64,000 nucleotides of DNA from Amoebidium appalachense (GCA_963693365.1 CAVNZM010000016.1:2755957-2819956), one strand, 5' to 3'; counted from the stretch's first letter, positions 1 to 14,764 are shown. Program-made: numbers and translations. Notes: generated by a model not told the origin, from the letters alone.

Positions 1-1442
1 ATCTTCTTGACACAAATGTTTCGCACAGGGGTCATCTGGTTGTCAGCACTTATCAGATGCCACCATTTCCATAGCTTATAATCTCATCTTCCTACTCTCA
101 CACATGGCTAAGAGTAACTACCCTGACCATAACCACTCTCATTCCCTCTCAAATCTGTCGGTCTGTCGGTACGTGCCTCTCTCACTTCACGACGTCCGTG
201 GCACAGTCACGCGCGGTTGTGCAAGCCTCCGAGAAGCGGCAACAGAATAAACGCCGCGTGCGCTTTACAACATTTAAAGTCAGTATGTTATATTTTAATA
301 AAGCGTACAGCGTTCCTAATGGTTAATAGTCACACAATGTAATGTCAATTAGGTGGCGGTAGCCTATTGGCCACCTTGTTGTCGAACGATGAACACGAGC
401 ACTTGAAAACGCGTAACGCCTTGTGTTTTTTGTGAAACAGCCCTATCCCTTGCGGGGAAAGCTTAGTAAGAACTTGTCGTTTGGGTGCTACATATGTTAG
501 TCATTTTTTAGTAAGGAGGGACTGATGGAAACGTGTGTCAATTTCTAGGGCGTGTGTAGTTCTTATATTCCTTGAGGTTACAGCAGTGAACATAGTACAT
601 ACATCCGTACAACAGCATCGCTGTGAGATCCAGGCAAGGTAGAGTGCTTGTCGTGTGTATCCTAGAATCAAGGAGCATAATTGCAAGTGGGCCTTGTCCC
701 ACCTCTGTACACCAGATAGTTTTTTTTGACGTCGATGCATTTGTTTTACCTCTGCGCTTTCCTGGCAGCTGCAACGTTCACCGTTTTGTCATTATTAACA
801 CGTGCTCGTGCTTGCCCGATTCTGTACCCCACGTGTCAGCTGTTCATCTCTTTCCTCCCTCTCTCTTCCCCCCCTCCCCCCCATGCACCTTGAACGCACC
901 AAATCCGCTCAATACCTGTTCTCCTTCTCTTTTTACTCTCGGAAATTACAGCAACATGGGGCCAAGTCGAGCCTGTGCACGAGCTGCTTGCTTGACCAGA
1001 TCCCCCCCACCCCTCCTCCCCCCTCCCCCCGCGCCCCCGCCCCCCCCTCCCCCTCCTCCTCCTCCTCCCCCCCCCCCCCCCCCCCCCCGTTTTCCTGGCT
1101 CTCTCCACTTTATAAGAACACAAACCACCACCAACACTCACTCGATCTCCTTACCCCCAACCTATCATCTTTTCCGTACACTTCCACACTTTACCTCCAC
1201 CCCCTCCCCCCCCCCCCCCCTCCCCCTCCGCCACCCTTTATCCACCGTTCAAACTACCCCCCACCCTCCAGCTCCACACACACACAACATACACACATAC
1301 ATCCCCCCCCCTCCCCCCCCCCCTCTCCCCCCGTCCTCCCCATCGCCCCCCCACCTATGCACGCCCTCACACCCACCTCAGCACCCCGCCATACCCTGCC
1401 CCGCCCCTTATACTGTCACCTTTCTCTTCATTCCTTTCACAG

Positions 1443-1894
1443 ATGGGTGCCAAACCAGCGAAAAAGGAGCACTTCGAATACGAGTTCTTTGGACCCGTCG
1501 GGACCCTCATCCTCACCTTCGTTCTCCCTCTCGTCATTCTGTTTCTCTATTTTAGCTGCAACTCAACCGGCTGTCTGGAGGTCAACCCGTTTAGCCTTCC
1601 CCCTACTTTCCAGCAAATCACGCAACTGTTCCAAGTTTTTGATGTCAACGGCGCATACATCTTCTTTGGGTGGTTCTTCTTCCAGGCGTTCTTGTATATT
1701 GCCCTGCCGGGAAAATGGGTGGAGGGTGTGAAGCTGAGCAACGGGGAGAGACTGAAGTACAAGATGAACGGTGGGTACAGTCTTCTCACTCCCAATGCTG
1801 GTGTTTTTTGGTTTGGGACCATGTGTTGTGACAAGGTTAGGTGTGTGTCTGTGTGTGTTGTTTTTTTTTTTTTTTTTTTTTTTTTTTTTGTTGT

Positions 1895-1928
<34 letters not shown>

Positions 1929-2504
1929 CGCGACATCTCAGTGACTGCCTATCCTTTAAACCGTGTGTGTGTATGTATGTGTTGTCTTTTTTTTTTTTTT
2001 TTTTTAGGGGGGGGGGGGGGGGGGACACGGGAACAGAAGGGGGGAGGGGGGAGGGGGGTCTTTTGTTTTCTACACACCATGTTTAGGGGCAGTAGGGAGT
2101 ATATTTTGTGGATTTTTGTCCGTATATCCTGCTTCCACATTTCGAGTCCAAGGAGCTTTTAGGAGGGGCGAGGTGGGTTTTCACACTCCCCTGTCCCTCA
2201 ATCCTGTGACCTGCTCTCTCTGTGATATATTCCCCCCTCCCCCCTCTCCCCCCTCTCTCTTGCTCAAAAAAAAAGCAAAGACAGGAGGACTACGAAGGAA
2301 GGAAGAAACCTCATGCACCAGCCCGCACACACACACACAGACAGGCACACACACAAACAAACACACACACCGAAAGAGAGGAGAGAGGGGGGGAAATACT
2401 GAAATCTACACCACAGCTCTCCAGGCATCATTCCCCCTTCCTTCCCCCTCCCTCCCCCGGCGGGTCCCTCCCTCCCTTCTTGTCATGTCTCCCTTATTCC
2501 CTCC

Positions 2505-2535
<31 letters not shown>

Positions 2536-3289
2536 TCTTCCCTCTTCCTCCCTCCCCCCTCCCCACACAATTTTTTTTTTTTTTTTTGGGGGGGGGGGGG
2601 GGGGCATCTTACCTCGCCTAATCCTTAATCCTTTTCTAATGTGCAGTAGTTTTTGTGCGCCTCAAAAGAACACACACAGAACCCAATATAACCCACCCAA
2701 TCTCCACACAGGTCTCTTTGCATACGTGCTGAGTCTTGGTGGTCTGTCGGCTCTTCACCTGTCCGGATATATCGACCTTGCCGTTCTGTATGACTACTAT
2801 ATCAGCATCATGCTGACGGCTATAGCGTTCTCTTATGCCCTCTCTGTGTACCTCTATGCTACATCCTTCATCGGGAACAAACTGCTTGCCGAGAATGGAA
2901 ATTCAGGTAAGTTAGCAACGTGTGGCATGGATATGATTGGCAGGGTTTCACATATACACAAATGTAAGCGTGCACACACAAACACACACGCACGCACTCA
3001 CGTGGGTATGTGTTCACGTGTACACACACAGATATGCACCCACACAAATGTACATGCTAACGCACGCCTACAGGCACATACACACACAGTGAAACACACA
3101 CACTGCACACACACACCCAATGTACACACACGGGCATGCACGTGCACACAGGCTCGCAAGGATTTAAACACACCCATCTCCACCCCCACCCCCACACACA
3201 GGTGCACACAGAAGGCCACATAACTTTAACACGGACGAGCACACACTCACCGCCACCATCACCCCCACGTATATGCAAGAGCGCATATG

Positions 3290-3348
<59 letters not shown>

Positions 3349-4007
3349 ACTCATCCGCTTCCTCCTCCTTCCTCCACCTCCCCATTCCGTGACACCTATC
3401 CGCACCTACCCTTAGTGTAATAACCATTTTTCTTCTGTACACACTTACGTCTTAGCCTTAGCCTTCATCACCGACACTATAATCATGAAGAGCAAACCAA
3501 ATACCACCCATTCCCCCTGCCCCCCCCAACCATACTACCCTCTTCTTGCTCTCCACCCGCGCCCCCCCCCCCCTCCCCCCCCCCCCCCCCCCCCCCCTCC
3601 CTCCCTCCCTCCCTCCGTCTATCCTGCTGCTATTATCACTTCTCCCCACTGTCGGGTGTATGTATCCTCTGTCTGTCTTGCCCAATTCCCTCCTGCCAGG
3701 TTTTCCGCCTTTTTCTTCGTGTACATTTTGTGCTTGTCCCCCCTCCCCCCTCCCCCCCCCCTCCCCCCCCCCCCCCCCCTCCCCCCGTCCCTTGCCCCCC
3801 AAAAACCTACACTTTGTGTCTTATACTTCATGACGCAATTTAACGTCTTATCAACTCCCAAACCCTCCACGCACGCGCGCGCACACGCACACCTAAACAC
3901 ACACACACGTTCACATGTGCGCGCACACACACACATACATATGTGCACACACATGCACATACACACACAACACACACACGCACAACACACAGAAACCCCT
4001 TCCCCCC

Positions 4008-4056
<49 letters not shown>

Positions 4057-4878
4057 ACACACACGTACACGTACACACACAATTACAGGCAACCCCTTCT
4101 ACGACTTCTGGATGGGGCGGGAGCTCAACCCCCGCATTGGCAACTTCGACCTGAAGGTGTTCTGTGAGCTTCGGCCTGGTCTGATTGGTTGGTGTGCGCT
4201 AGATCTTGCCATGGCATGCAAACAGTACCAGCTGCACGGCACTGTCACCAACTCCATGTGCCTGATTTTGGCCTTCCAGATATACTACGTGCTAGACAGC
4301 TTCATGTCTGAGGTGCGTGGGAAAGGGGGGGGGGGGGGGGAGGGGGGGAATAGGGGAGGGAGAGGGGGTTGGAGGGCTAGGGGTTTGGGGGGGGGGGGGG
4401 GGGGGGGTAGGGAGGGAGGGTATGTGTGTGTGTGTGGGGGGGGGGGGGGGGGGATGGGGAAAGATGGTTGTAGTGTTTGAGTGGAGAAAGGGGGAGTAGA
4501 GGAGGCATGAAATGCTAGCAGAGACGGGGGGAGAGGGAAGGGAGGGGGGGGGGGGAAGATGGGGATTGAGGATGGAGGGGGGGGGGGGGGGGAAGATGGG
4601 GATTGAGGATGGAGGGGGGGGGGGGGAAGATGGGGATTGAGGATGGAGGGGGGGGGGGGGGAGGTGGGGATGGGGTGGTGGGTTGGGTGTGTGTAGGGGG
4701 GGGGGGGGGGGGGGGGGGGGGCACCAGATTGGGATAGAGAGGGAATTGACGTACAGAGAGAAATGATGACGCCAAAAGTCCTGGGGGGGAGAGGGGGGAC
4801 GGCAGGTGTATGTGTATATGTGATTAGGTGTGTTATGAGAAGATGAGGTCTTTTTCCTTTTTTCCTCATGTTTCGGAG

Positions 4879-4948
<70 letters not shown>

Positions 4949-5388
4949 GGGTGAAGAGGGAAGCATATTTGTGTTAAGTTTTCATGTTCGGCACTATACT
5001 CAAGGACAATTTATGCTCCGGTGGGGCACTCTTCCTTCTGGAGATATGTTTTGGTAGTGCCTTTTACTTTTTGGAGATATGTTCTGGTGAGACCTTATAC
5101 TCACTTATACATGTGCAGCCTGCCCTTTTGACCACGATGGATGTGACGGACGAGGGCTTTGGCTTTATGCTGGTCTTTGGGGACCTGGTCTGGGTGCCCG
5201 GCCTTTACACATTCCAGGTGGGAATACTTATGCTTGTATGGGTGGGGGGAGGGGGGCACTTAAACCTAGGAAGGAAAGGGCGGGAAAGAAGTTACAAAAT
5301 GAGAAAGATGCTATAACAGACTATGACGTTGTTGGGGGACCCTTGTGAGGGGAAGAGAAGTGGGTGAATGTGTGGGTACGAGGAAAGA

Positions 5389-5425
<37 letters not shown>

Positions 5426-7322
5426 GGGGGGCAAAATGTACCACAATGTGCGAAATCTACTTGAGAGCGTCGTTGCTCTTACATACTTGGGATTTCAGCC
5501 ATGGGATGTACGTACATGCTTCATATACGGCACCCCTTTTTTTTTGGATAAGTTATGGCTTTGCATGTCCTTTTCGCATACGGTCTGCACTTGGTCATGT
5601 GTAGCTCATTCAAACCCCCCCCCCCTCCCCCGCGGTGGTTGGCACTTTGGATCATGTTGTTCGTTATGATTGTGTGCTTTGTGCTCTCTATATAGCACAT
5701 CCTAATCCTTTCCCGCATCCCTCCCCTCCCCCCCCCCCCCCCCCCCCCCCCCATTCTTCAGGCACGGTACCTAGTAGACCACCCCAACCACTTGACCCCC
5801 CTGATGCTAGCCCTTGTGCTTGGGGTCAACTTCCTTGGGCTGATCATCTTCAGAGGTGCAAACAGTCAGAAGGACGCCTTCAGAAAGAACCCGAATGACC
5901 CTGCTGTCAAACGTAGAACCTCCCCTTACCTCCTCCCCCCCCCCCCCCCCCCCCCCCGTTACCCCCTGCTGCCTTTGGGCGCTCTCTCTCTACCTGTTGT
6001 TCTCCTTTTAACCCCTAGCCGTTCGCCGATGCAAAAATACATTTTCAAAAATAAATGCATCAGTGACCTTCGAAAATAAATAGCGCCTGACGCGTAATAG
6101 TCATGAAGCTAGGAGTTTCTGCCTCAATTAGTATATGTTTTCTCCTTTCGAAAAACACCAAAAACACCGGGGTCGACTATGTTTTTTTGTTTCTCGTGGG
6201 TGTTCTGCCTAACTGTGTCTATATTTTTACCGAGCGGCCCCCCAAATTTCGAACGTTGGCGGCAAAGGATGCCCGGGATTCACGGATTCCAACCCTGGAA
6301 TCGATCGGCTGATAAGTGCATCAATCCGATTTGCTGAGATCTTTACGGGGATTCATATTACGGAACTGCCTTGGAAGAAACCCCGCCGCGTTTGGCAAAA
6401 TGACACAAATCACGTGTTCATAACACGTGCGGACACATAGGAACACGCCATTTTTTTTTATGGGACACAAAGAAAGACATATGCTTCGTGCATTTTTGTC
6501 CACTTTGGCCGCCTTTAATGATTCTTTTCTGTTTTTCAAAGCTGGTAGATTTTGGCCTCCGGGCGAACGGCTCGGGGTTAATCTGCCCCCCCCCCCTCCC
6601 CCCCCCCCTCCCCCCCCCCACACACACACACACACACACACACACAAATATGCAGACACACACACACACACACATGCACATACACGATCAGCAGGAGAAC
6701 TACTAAAGAGAAACAATGCTTGGGAGAGTTTCACAGCACAAATACAACAAACAACCAACACTTTTACGCATGTCCCCATCCCCCATCTGCCACCCACACA
6801 CCAACATTTTAACATGGAATCGTATGCACGTGTATAATCTCACGAATCATTTTCCCGCAACATTTGGGCTTTAACGTTGTTAAATGTGCGCTCATGTGTA
6901 GCAAGTACACGAGGGAGGGGACACTTAATAGGGCATGTCCTTTATGTTATGACACTCATTTCATTGCGCACAGACCTTAAGACGATGCCGACCGAACGTG
7001 GGACCAAGCTGATCATTAGTGGGTGGTGGGGCATTGCCCGGCACATCAACTATCTGGGTGATATGCTCATGGGTGTTGCGTGGTGCCTGCCCTGTGGTAC
7101 GTTACTCCCCTCACTCTATGTGATACACTCACACATGAGCGCTCGTGTGCACCCTTGTGCAAACGCAAACACATCCACACAACGCGCGCTCACACTTGCC
7201 TGTGCGTATGCGTGTACGCCACATTTTAGAGGAAAAGATATCCCCATTTGCCCTATCACACAAACCGTGCACACACACATACGCAAACACACATACACAC
7301 GCGCGCGCACACACACACAGCG

Positions 7323-7353
<31 letters not shown>

Positions 7354-7666
7354 CCCTAAAAAGACATAAATATGATGGACACGTTCTGCCATTAACCCTA
7401 CTTCCATCCGGTTCAAAGAATCCACAATTCCAAATGGGAAGGGAGGGGAGGGGGCGGGGGGAGGGGGAGGGGGGGGATGTGTGAAGTCTTGACGAAAAAA
7501 GAGGTGACAATCAATGGCTGTGAGTTGTGGGTTGGTGGTGTTGGGTTTTAGGCTTGCAGTGATTGTGATGTTAGAGCTGCATGGAGCGAAGGGTGTGTAT
7601 GTGTGTTGGTGTGTGTCTGTGTGTCTGTCTCTCTCTCTCTCTCTCTCCCTCTTTCTCTCTCTCTGC

Positions 7667-7717
<51 letters not shown>

Positions 7718-8253
7718 CACGCGCCTGTTTTTTGAGGGCGGAACTGGGTGAAGGGAGGGGGAGATTGTTTCTCATTAAATTGACCATGAAGGAGTGGTTA
7801 GAGACCGTCTAATGCTTATAACAATAATCTGCACGTCTCTTTATATACTAACGATTTTATTAAGTACCCAAAGCATGTTTACTATTGAGAGAAGGACTTT
7901 CTGTGACTTTAAATGACTCTTGACTATGACCTGCATGTAGATCCCGGTCAGCTCTTGACCACATTCCAATACCGCTATAGAGTCACTCGAAACCCTGGGC
8001 TATCTTATGCGAAACCCTGGGCTACTTATAGTAACTTAATGGAATGAGCATATCCCGAATAGAGCACTAACACGGTGTGCACGTGGGCACAGGGTTCGAA
8101 CACGTGCTGCCGTACTTCTATGTGGTGTATTTCTTCATCCTGCTGGTGCACCGTGACCTCAGGGATGGGGATAAGTGCGCCAAGAAATATGGCAAGGACT
8201 GGGACAAGTACTGCAGCATAGTGCGCTGGCGCATTATCCCCTATGTCTACTAG
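1443..8253 (+). CDS. TM7SF2: Delta14-sterol reductase (TM7SF2/ERG24/LBR C-terminal family), 7 coding exons, about 426 aa
   Basis: Exons 1443-1770, 2712-2906, 4089-4312, 5119-5217, 5762-5912, 6974-7096, 8093-8253; all GT-AG with consistent phases (1281 nt). ERG4/ERG24 family motifs: [103 protein letters not shown]. The ATG directly follows an acceptor-like CACAG, so a 5' UTR intron is likely. Confidence 0.93.
6012..6577. mobile_element. Non-autonomous piggyBac-like element (566 bp) in intron 5 of the sterol reductase
   Basis: TTAA (6008-6011) then CCCCTAGCCGTTCGCC (6012-6027); GGCGAACGGCTCGGGG (6562-6577) then TTAA (6578-6581). A 16-bp TIR with 1 mismatch, CCC termini and a TTAA target duplication are piggyBac hallmarks. 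No transposase ORF inside. Confidence 0.8.
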
Positions 8254-8397
8254 ACAATAGTTATGTATTATCCCCTATGTCTACTAGGCACTAGTTATGT
8301 ATTATCCCCTGTGTCTAGGTGCTAGTTGTGCATTATTGCCTATGTCTACTAGGTGCTAGATATGCATTATCCCCTATGCCTACTAAGCACAAGTTAT
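8231..8397 (+). repeat. Minisatellite, 5 x ~34 bp, first unit contains the last codons and stop of the sterol reductase
   Basis: Units start at 8231, 8265, 8299, 8330, 8364; consensus approx. GCATTATCCCCTATGTCTACTAGGCACTAGTTAT. Confidence 0.85.
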
Positions 8398-8876
8398 TGC
8401 ACGATCGGTTATTGCTGTTATGAAACCCCCGCTTTTATATATATGTAGGTTAACTCAGTATTTTTAGTAATATGCTACAATTGTGGCCATATTAACGCCC
8501 CCTGCGCACCTGTGTTGAAAAAGAAACGTGGGCTTGGTTGACTTCCATACATGGCGTGTGGATGTGTATTTCTTCCTACTGTTTTTACTATATTATTTTT
8601 TTTTATTATTTTTTTATTGATTTCTTGGGGAGGGGAATAGAAGGGGAGGGGGGGGGGGAGGGGGGAGGGGGGGGGGGGGGGGGGTATTATCAGATACATG
8701 TGCGTGTGTGGGTGGGGGGTTGTTATTGTCATAAAATGCACGTGAGGCTGTGAAAAAAAGTTGGCACTAAGGCAACCAGTACCAACTTGGTACGTTCTGT
8801 AGTACCATTGAACGGCATAACCAGATATGTGCTATATTTGGATAAAATCAGATAGCACTTTTTCCCCTCTTCTTTT

Positions 8877-8907
<31 letters not shown>

Positions 8908-9212
8908 GGTCCGTGTATCAGGCAATGACGGTGTAAAATGTTCCCGATCGGGCTTATCCCGAGCTTGTCGTTCCTGTGCACTTTTCTCAATTCACCCGGT
9001 CCGTCCCCGGACCTGTTTATACTTAGACTTTTCTCTGTTGCATTGATACACACACTCTTCCTTTTTCCTGTGTCCCTTCTGTGAACTACTGATGTCAGCC
9101 TAATAGCTAAATGGGAGGATGCATGGAATGTAAATAAATTGGGACTCGTGTGAGCTGAACCCCTGTCCCAACATTCTCCCCATGGCCATCCCCCCCCCCC
9201 CCCCCCCCCCCT

Positions 9213-9270
<58 letters not shown>

Positions 9271-9348
9271 CCCCCCCCCCCCCCCCCCCCCAAAAAAAAG
9301 CTTTCTCTCTCTCTCTCTCTCTCTCTAGATCTCCCTCTCTCTCTCTTC

Positions 9349-9379
<31 letters not shown>

Positions 9380-9380
9380 A

Positions 9381-9411
<31 letters not shown>

Positions 9412-10166
9412 AGATCTCCCTCTCTCTCTCTTCCCCCCCCCCTCCCCCCCCCCCCCCCCAAAAAAAAAAAAAAAAAAAAAAAAAAAGGGGAGGGGGGGGG
9501 GAGGCCAACCCGAAGAGTCAACATTGAGAATTGCCGCACGAGATGAACTTTCAGAGCTGAACACTTGCACATGCCAAAACACACACACACACACGCTTAG
9601 ACCACACGGGGGCTGCAGGCCATCACGTTCTTTGAGCATAATTTTGTGTTCTCAGTTTACTCAGGCGTATCCCCATTTGCAACGTTGTTGGGGTGGCCGA
9701 ATTTGGTGACACTACATACTGTCACTTCTCTCCATGAAACAGAAGAGCGAGGAAAATTGCACAACTATTATAAATGTTGATGATAAACTGTGTGCAGTGG
9801 TGATTGAGCTGGCCACCGGACCAACCTATGCACCAGCCACATTAAAGTAAAAATTTGTTTTTTTGTGGCTTGATTGTGGAACAGATAGAGAACGACCCTC
9901 GTTGATACATGTTCGCTAGGCAGAGACAAAAGAGGAAGGCCGGGGGGAGGGCAGGGGAGGGGGGTGTACAGGGCGGAGGGGGGGGAAAGTACGACCGTAC
10001 AAGCCATACATACTGTGTTATCACGACCGCCGCTATGTAATCCAGAACGTGAACTTATTTAAAAAGAAAATTCTAGATCACGCTCGTTGACCCTTTCTCT
10101 CGCTCTATCTCTCTCTTCCCCCCCCCCCCCCCCCCCTCTCCCCCCCCCCCCCCCACCTCCCCTCGT

Positions 10167-10197
<31 letters not shown>

Positions 10198-10350
10198 CCA
10201 CAAAACGACGAACACATACGCACAGACCCACTCTCTCATTTTTGTTCAACCCCCCCCCCCCCCTACCCCCCACTCTCCCCACCCCCCTCCCTCCAACCCT
10301 CCCCCTCCCCGGTCCCCTCCCCCTTCCTCTCCCGGCCCCCCCGACCCCCT

Positions 10351-10415
<65 letters not shown>

Positions 10416-10979
10416 CCCCGTCCTCCTTCCCCTCCCCTCCCCCTTGCCCCACTCCCCACACCCTTTCCGCCTCCATCGTCACTCTCCTCCCTCCACCCTC
10501 CATCAGATTCTCCTAACTTCAATGTATCTGCATGCATCTCCCCTCCCTCCCCCTCCCCCCTGGTTCCTCCCCCCCCCCCCCCCCCCCCCTTCCCCTCCCC
10601 TCCAAACACCCCATCTCCGCCGCCCCCCCCCTACACACACAAGAAATCCGTACTTTCATGGAATCCTGTCCACAAGCAACACTTCTCCCTATACCCATGA
10701 ACACACACTCTGGAAAACCTTCTGCTACCTTCTTTTCATAGTAAATTCCTCGTTCCTCACCCTCAGTATTGGAATAATTATTGGATAATTAGTAACAACC
10801 GCCTGACTTAAGACTATGTGCAGATTCAAACCTTCGGAAACATTCACTGCCTTGCTTCATCATCAAATAGCACTAGAAGCAAAAAGCCCATGGTCATTTT
10901 CATTTTAGGTGCAAAAAAGGGTTTTAGCAGGAGCATCGATCACCCACGAGGTGGGCTCCTACCGTGCACCATCCCCAAA

Positions 10980-11055
<76 letters not shown>

Positions 11056-11940
11056 TACACACACCCCTTCCTTAACCCACAGCCTGGCCCTGGACTCCTC
11101 AGCCTGCTTCGCCTTAACTAGGCTCTGCACTCGATAGGGTTCTATATGCTGAAACCCCCTAACCGGTCCTTCCCCCCCCCCTCTCCCCCCTCTTCAGGCT
11201 TCTTTTTTTTTCTTTCTTTTTTTTTTCTTTGTCAAAACCCGCCTACTACAGTCTTCTCACGAAAAAAGCAAAAAACCAGAAGGCCGTATAGTTGTTACTG
11301 GGTGATTATCCGGCCAAGCCTTCATCGTGATGTACTATATCTCTAGTACTTTCTTGCTTTCCAAGATTCTTTCAGCAAGCAGTCTATGGGCGACCACATA
11401 TTGCCATCCCAATAAATATCAGGGTTCCTGCAAACCGAGCGTTGCATTCGGGAGAATGCACAGTCCTATGGGGGTGGTCACCCACCTGGACCCAAGCACA
11501 ACTTGGCCCTTATGTGCTGACATATTTTTGTGTGCTTGATTGTGGGACAATTAGGTTAGATCTCGTTGAAAATGTAAACCGCATGGGTGTGATTGTGAAG
11601 GATCCCAATAATTGTTTTTTTAAAAAGGAATACGGTAATTAAAGAAACAATTATTTTTGGTTGTTTCACCAATCAGATTGATGCAGAAAGACGGGACCGC
11701 TGTCGCCAAATGCCATTCCTTCAGTTACCACCCCATAATGACTTCTGATGTTTATCAATGACGTATTCAACATTGTCCAGAATTCCTATGTTTCCCCTTT
11801 TCCCCTCCCTCCCCCCCCCCCCCTCCCCCCCCCCCCCCCCCCACCTCCCCCCCTCAACCTCACCCCCTCCCCTGATCGTTTGCACCCCCCTCCTTGGGTA
11901 TGCAGCATTTACGGAGCCTTTCTTTGTATCAAAATTTAAC

Positions 11941-11974
<34 letters not shown>

Positions 11975-12641
11975 CCCAACCTCCCTTCGCGCCACCACCA
12001 TCCCCTCCACTTTCCCTTTTACGTTTTGTTGTTGGACTGAAACTTTATAAATCAGATTCATTATTCGGGGCAGGCTTTTTCAACCTCAAAAACTCGATAA
12101 ACGTTCCATGCTTTGCACGCTGCCTTACGGGCATCCTTCGGTCCTTCCACTTCTGAACCATGAAACTTCAACTTCCCCTTTGAAGTTTACTTTCTCAAAT
12201 TTGTTGCAGACACTGTCGCTCCCTTTGACTTAGCCGGAAACGCCCTGTCAGAGAACCCATAGCCTTAAAATAGCCTAAAATTTGTGTGTAAACACCTACT
12301 GTAACACGTACTTTAACACAAACATACTGAACCACGCATTGATTACATAAGAAGGAACACATGAAATGAGATATGCGCACGGCCCGTGTTTTTGTGAGTA
12401 TCATAATGTACATGTGCCACAGTGTGGGTCTGGTGTGTGTGGGGGGGGGAACTGCTTCAGTGGGTATGTGTGTGTGTGTGTGTGTGTGTGTACACTGGGT
12501 GTGTGTGTGTGCGTGTGCATGTGCATGTGCGTGTGTGTGTGCGCACATGTGTGCTTGTGCGTGTGCGCATTTCTGTGTGTGTGTGTCACCTTCTGCGTGG
12601 GTGTGCGTGCATGCGCGCGCAGGTCACCAAAAACAAAAAAC

Positions 12642-13287
12642 CCCTGCACAGCTTCAAAAAAACAAATGAACACATCTACAGCTCAGGGTTTACTTTTTTT
12701 CCTTTTTGTTTGTGTGTGTGTGTGTGTGTGTGTTTGTGTGTCTCTGTGTGTCACTCACTGCCAGAATACCGTGACCATTGGTATAGTGTGTGTGCGGGTG
12801 TGCTTGTGTCTTTGCGTGTACTGACATGTGTACATTTCAACTGAATTTGATTTTCAGGTTTATTTTGGTTGCATTGTGATATGCTGAATGCTCAAGGTGT
12901 GTTAATAATTTCTGCAATAAAGTTGAGGGTGACGGCGTTGTGGAATACAAAACTCATGCATTCCTACATGGCATAGCACAACGGTGGATGAGTAACGATT
13001 GCACACGTCATGTACACTCATCCATGAGCTGGTCACCAGACCTTGCTGTGCTTAGTCATGCTTAGGTTGAACACTCAGCTTGTGGAGCGTGATTGTGGGA
13101 CAGAAGACAGGGAAAAAAACCATGCCGGCAAAAAAACGATTGCACACGTCATGTACACTCATCCATGAGCTGGTCACCAGACCTTGCTGTGCTTAGTCAT
13201 GCTTAGGTTGAACACTCAGCTTGTGGAGCGTGATTGTGGGACAGAAGACAGGGAAAAGAAAATAAAAAGGAAAAAAAAGGGGGGGCT

Positions 13288-13319
<32 letters not shown>

Positions 13320-13513
13320 CGGCGGAGGGGGTCTCTTGACAACACATAAGGGCCTCCTCCCCTCCTCCCCTACCCCCCACCCCCTTTCCGCCTCCACCAG
13401 TTCACTCCCCCCCTTACACCCTCCATTAGATTCTCCTAACTTCAATCTATCTGCATGCATCTCCTCCCCCCCCCCCCCCTCTAACTCCTCTCCCCATCCG
13501 CCCCCCCCCCCCC

Positions 13514-13544
<31 letters not shown>

Positions 13545-14090
13545 ACGCGTACAAAAACCCCCACTTTACTGAATCCTCTCCACCATCAACAAAAAAAAAA
13601 CCTGCACAGCCTCAAAACAACAAATGAACACATCTACAGCTCAGGGTTTGCTTTTTTTTCCTTTTTTTTTTTTGTGTGTGTGTGTTTGTGTGTGTGTGTG
13701 TCATTCACCGACTCACAGCCAGGATACCGTGACCATCGGTATAGTGTGTGTGTGTGTGCGGGCGTGCATGTGTATTTGTGTGTACCGACGTGTGTTCAGA
13801 TCACCTAAATTTGGCTGTCAGGTTTGGTTAGGTTGTGACATGCTGAATGCTCAAGGTGTGTGGTTTATTTCTGCAATAAAGTTGAAGGTGATCACGTTGT
13901 GGAATGCAAATGCATCCATAATCCTCCATGGCATATCCCAACTGAAGAGGAGGGGGTACGTATGCACACCTAATGTGCATTCATCTATGAGCTGGTCACC
14001 AGACCTAACCGTATCCAGTCACGCGTATGGTTAAATGTAATTATTGGAGCATGATTGTGGAACAAAAGACAGCAAAACGATGCCTGCACA
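12642..14090. repeat. Diverged ~490-bp segmental duplication (12642-13130 vs 13601-14090) with a nested near-identical ~123-bp tandem duplication (12994-13116 vs 13135-13257)
   Basis: Shared blocks CCTGCACAGC..CAAATGAACACATCTACAGCTCAGGGTTT, ATGCTGAATGCTCAAGGTGTG, ATGAGCTGGTCACCAGACC and TGATTGTGG(G/A)ACA. Weaker matches to the last blocks at about 9800-9890 and 11470-11550. Segment 10460-10545 also matches 13381-13465. Confidence 0.8.
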
Positions 14091-14720
14091 AAAAAAAAAA
14101 AGGAAAAGAAAACAAAAGGGGGGGGGGAGGGGGGGGGGGAGAGGGGGGGAGGGGAGGGGGGGGAGGGGGAGGGGGGGGGGGGGGGGGGGGGGGGGGGCGG
14201 CTGTGGGATAGGAACCACGATGATGTGGTAATGAACCGGTGCGCAGTGCACAGTAATTTGTGAATACAAAATACTTAGGATGCCCAGTCCAGGCGGGTTT
14301 GGAATCGAGAAATGCTGCAAACAAGTTCGTAACGATTTGTGTTCAAAATCAAACCAACAAATTTAGTGCCGTCAAAAATAGTTTTCACAAGATAGAGCCA
14401 GTGTTTTTTTATTTTTTTTATTTTTCTTCTTTATTATTAATATTTTTTTAATGGGGGGTTTCCTTTTTTTTTTTTTTTTTTTTTTTTAATAGGGGGTTTC
14501 AATACCGCCCTTCACGGTGGGGCTTGTGTTTGCAGCTCCGGATCCCCGAGGAAAGGGGGGATTTGGGGGGGGGGGGGGGGGGGGGGGGGGAGGGGGGGGG
14601 GGGGGGGTCTGGATCCCCACCAGCATTTATGGATATTCGATTATGCCTCAGTGCTCGGCTCTTTTCTGACCTTTGGGCAGTTTTTGTTTTTCCATTTGAG
14701 AGAGGTGCGGCGGCCGGGGT

Positions 14721-14764
<44 letters not shown>

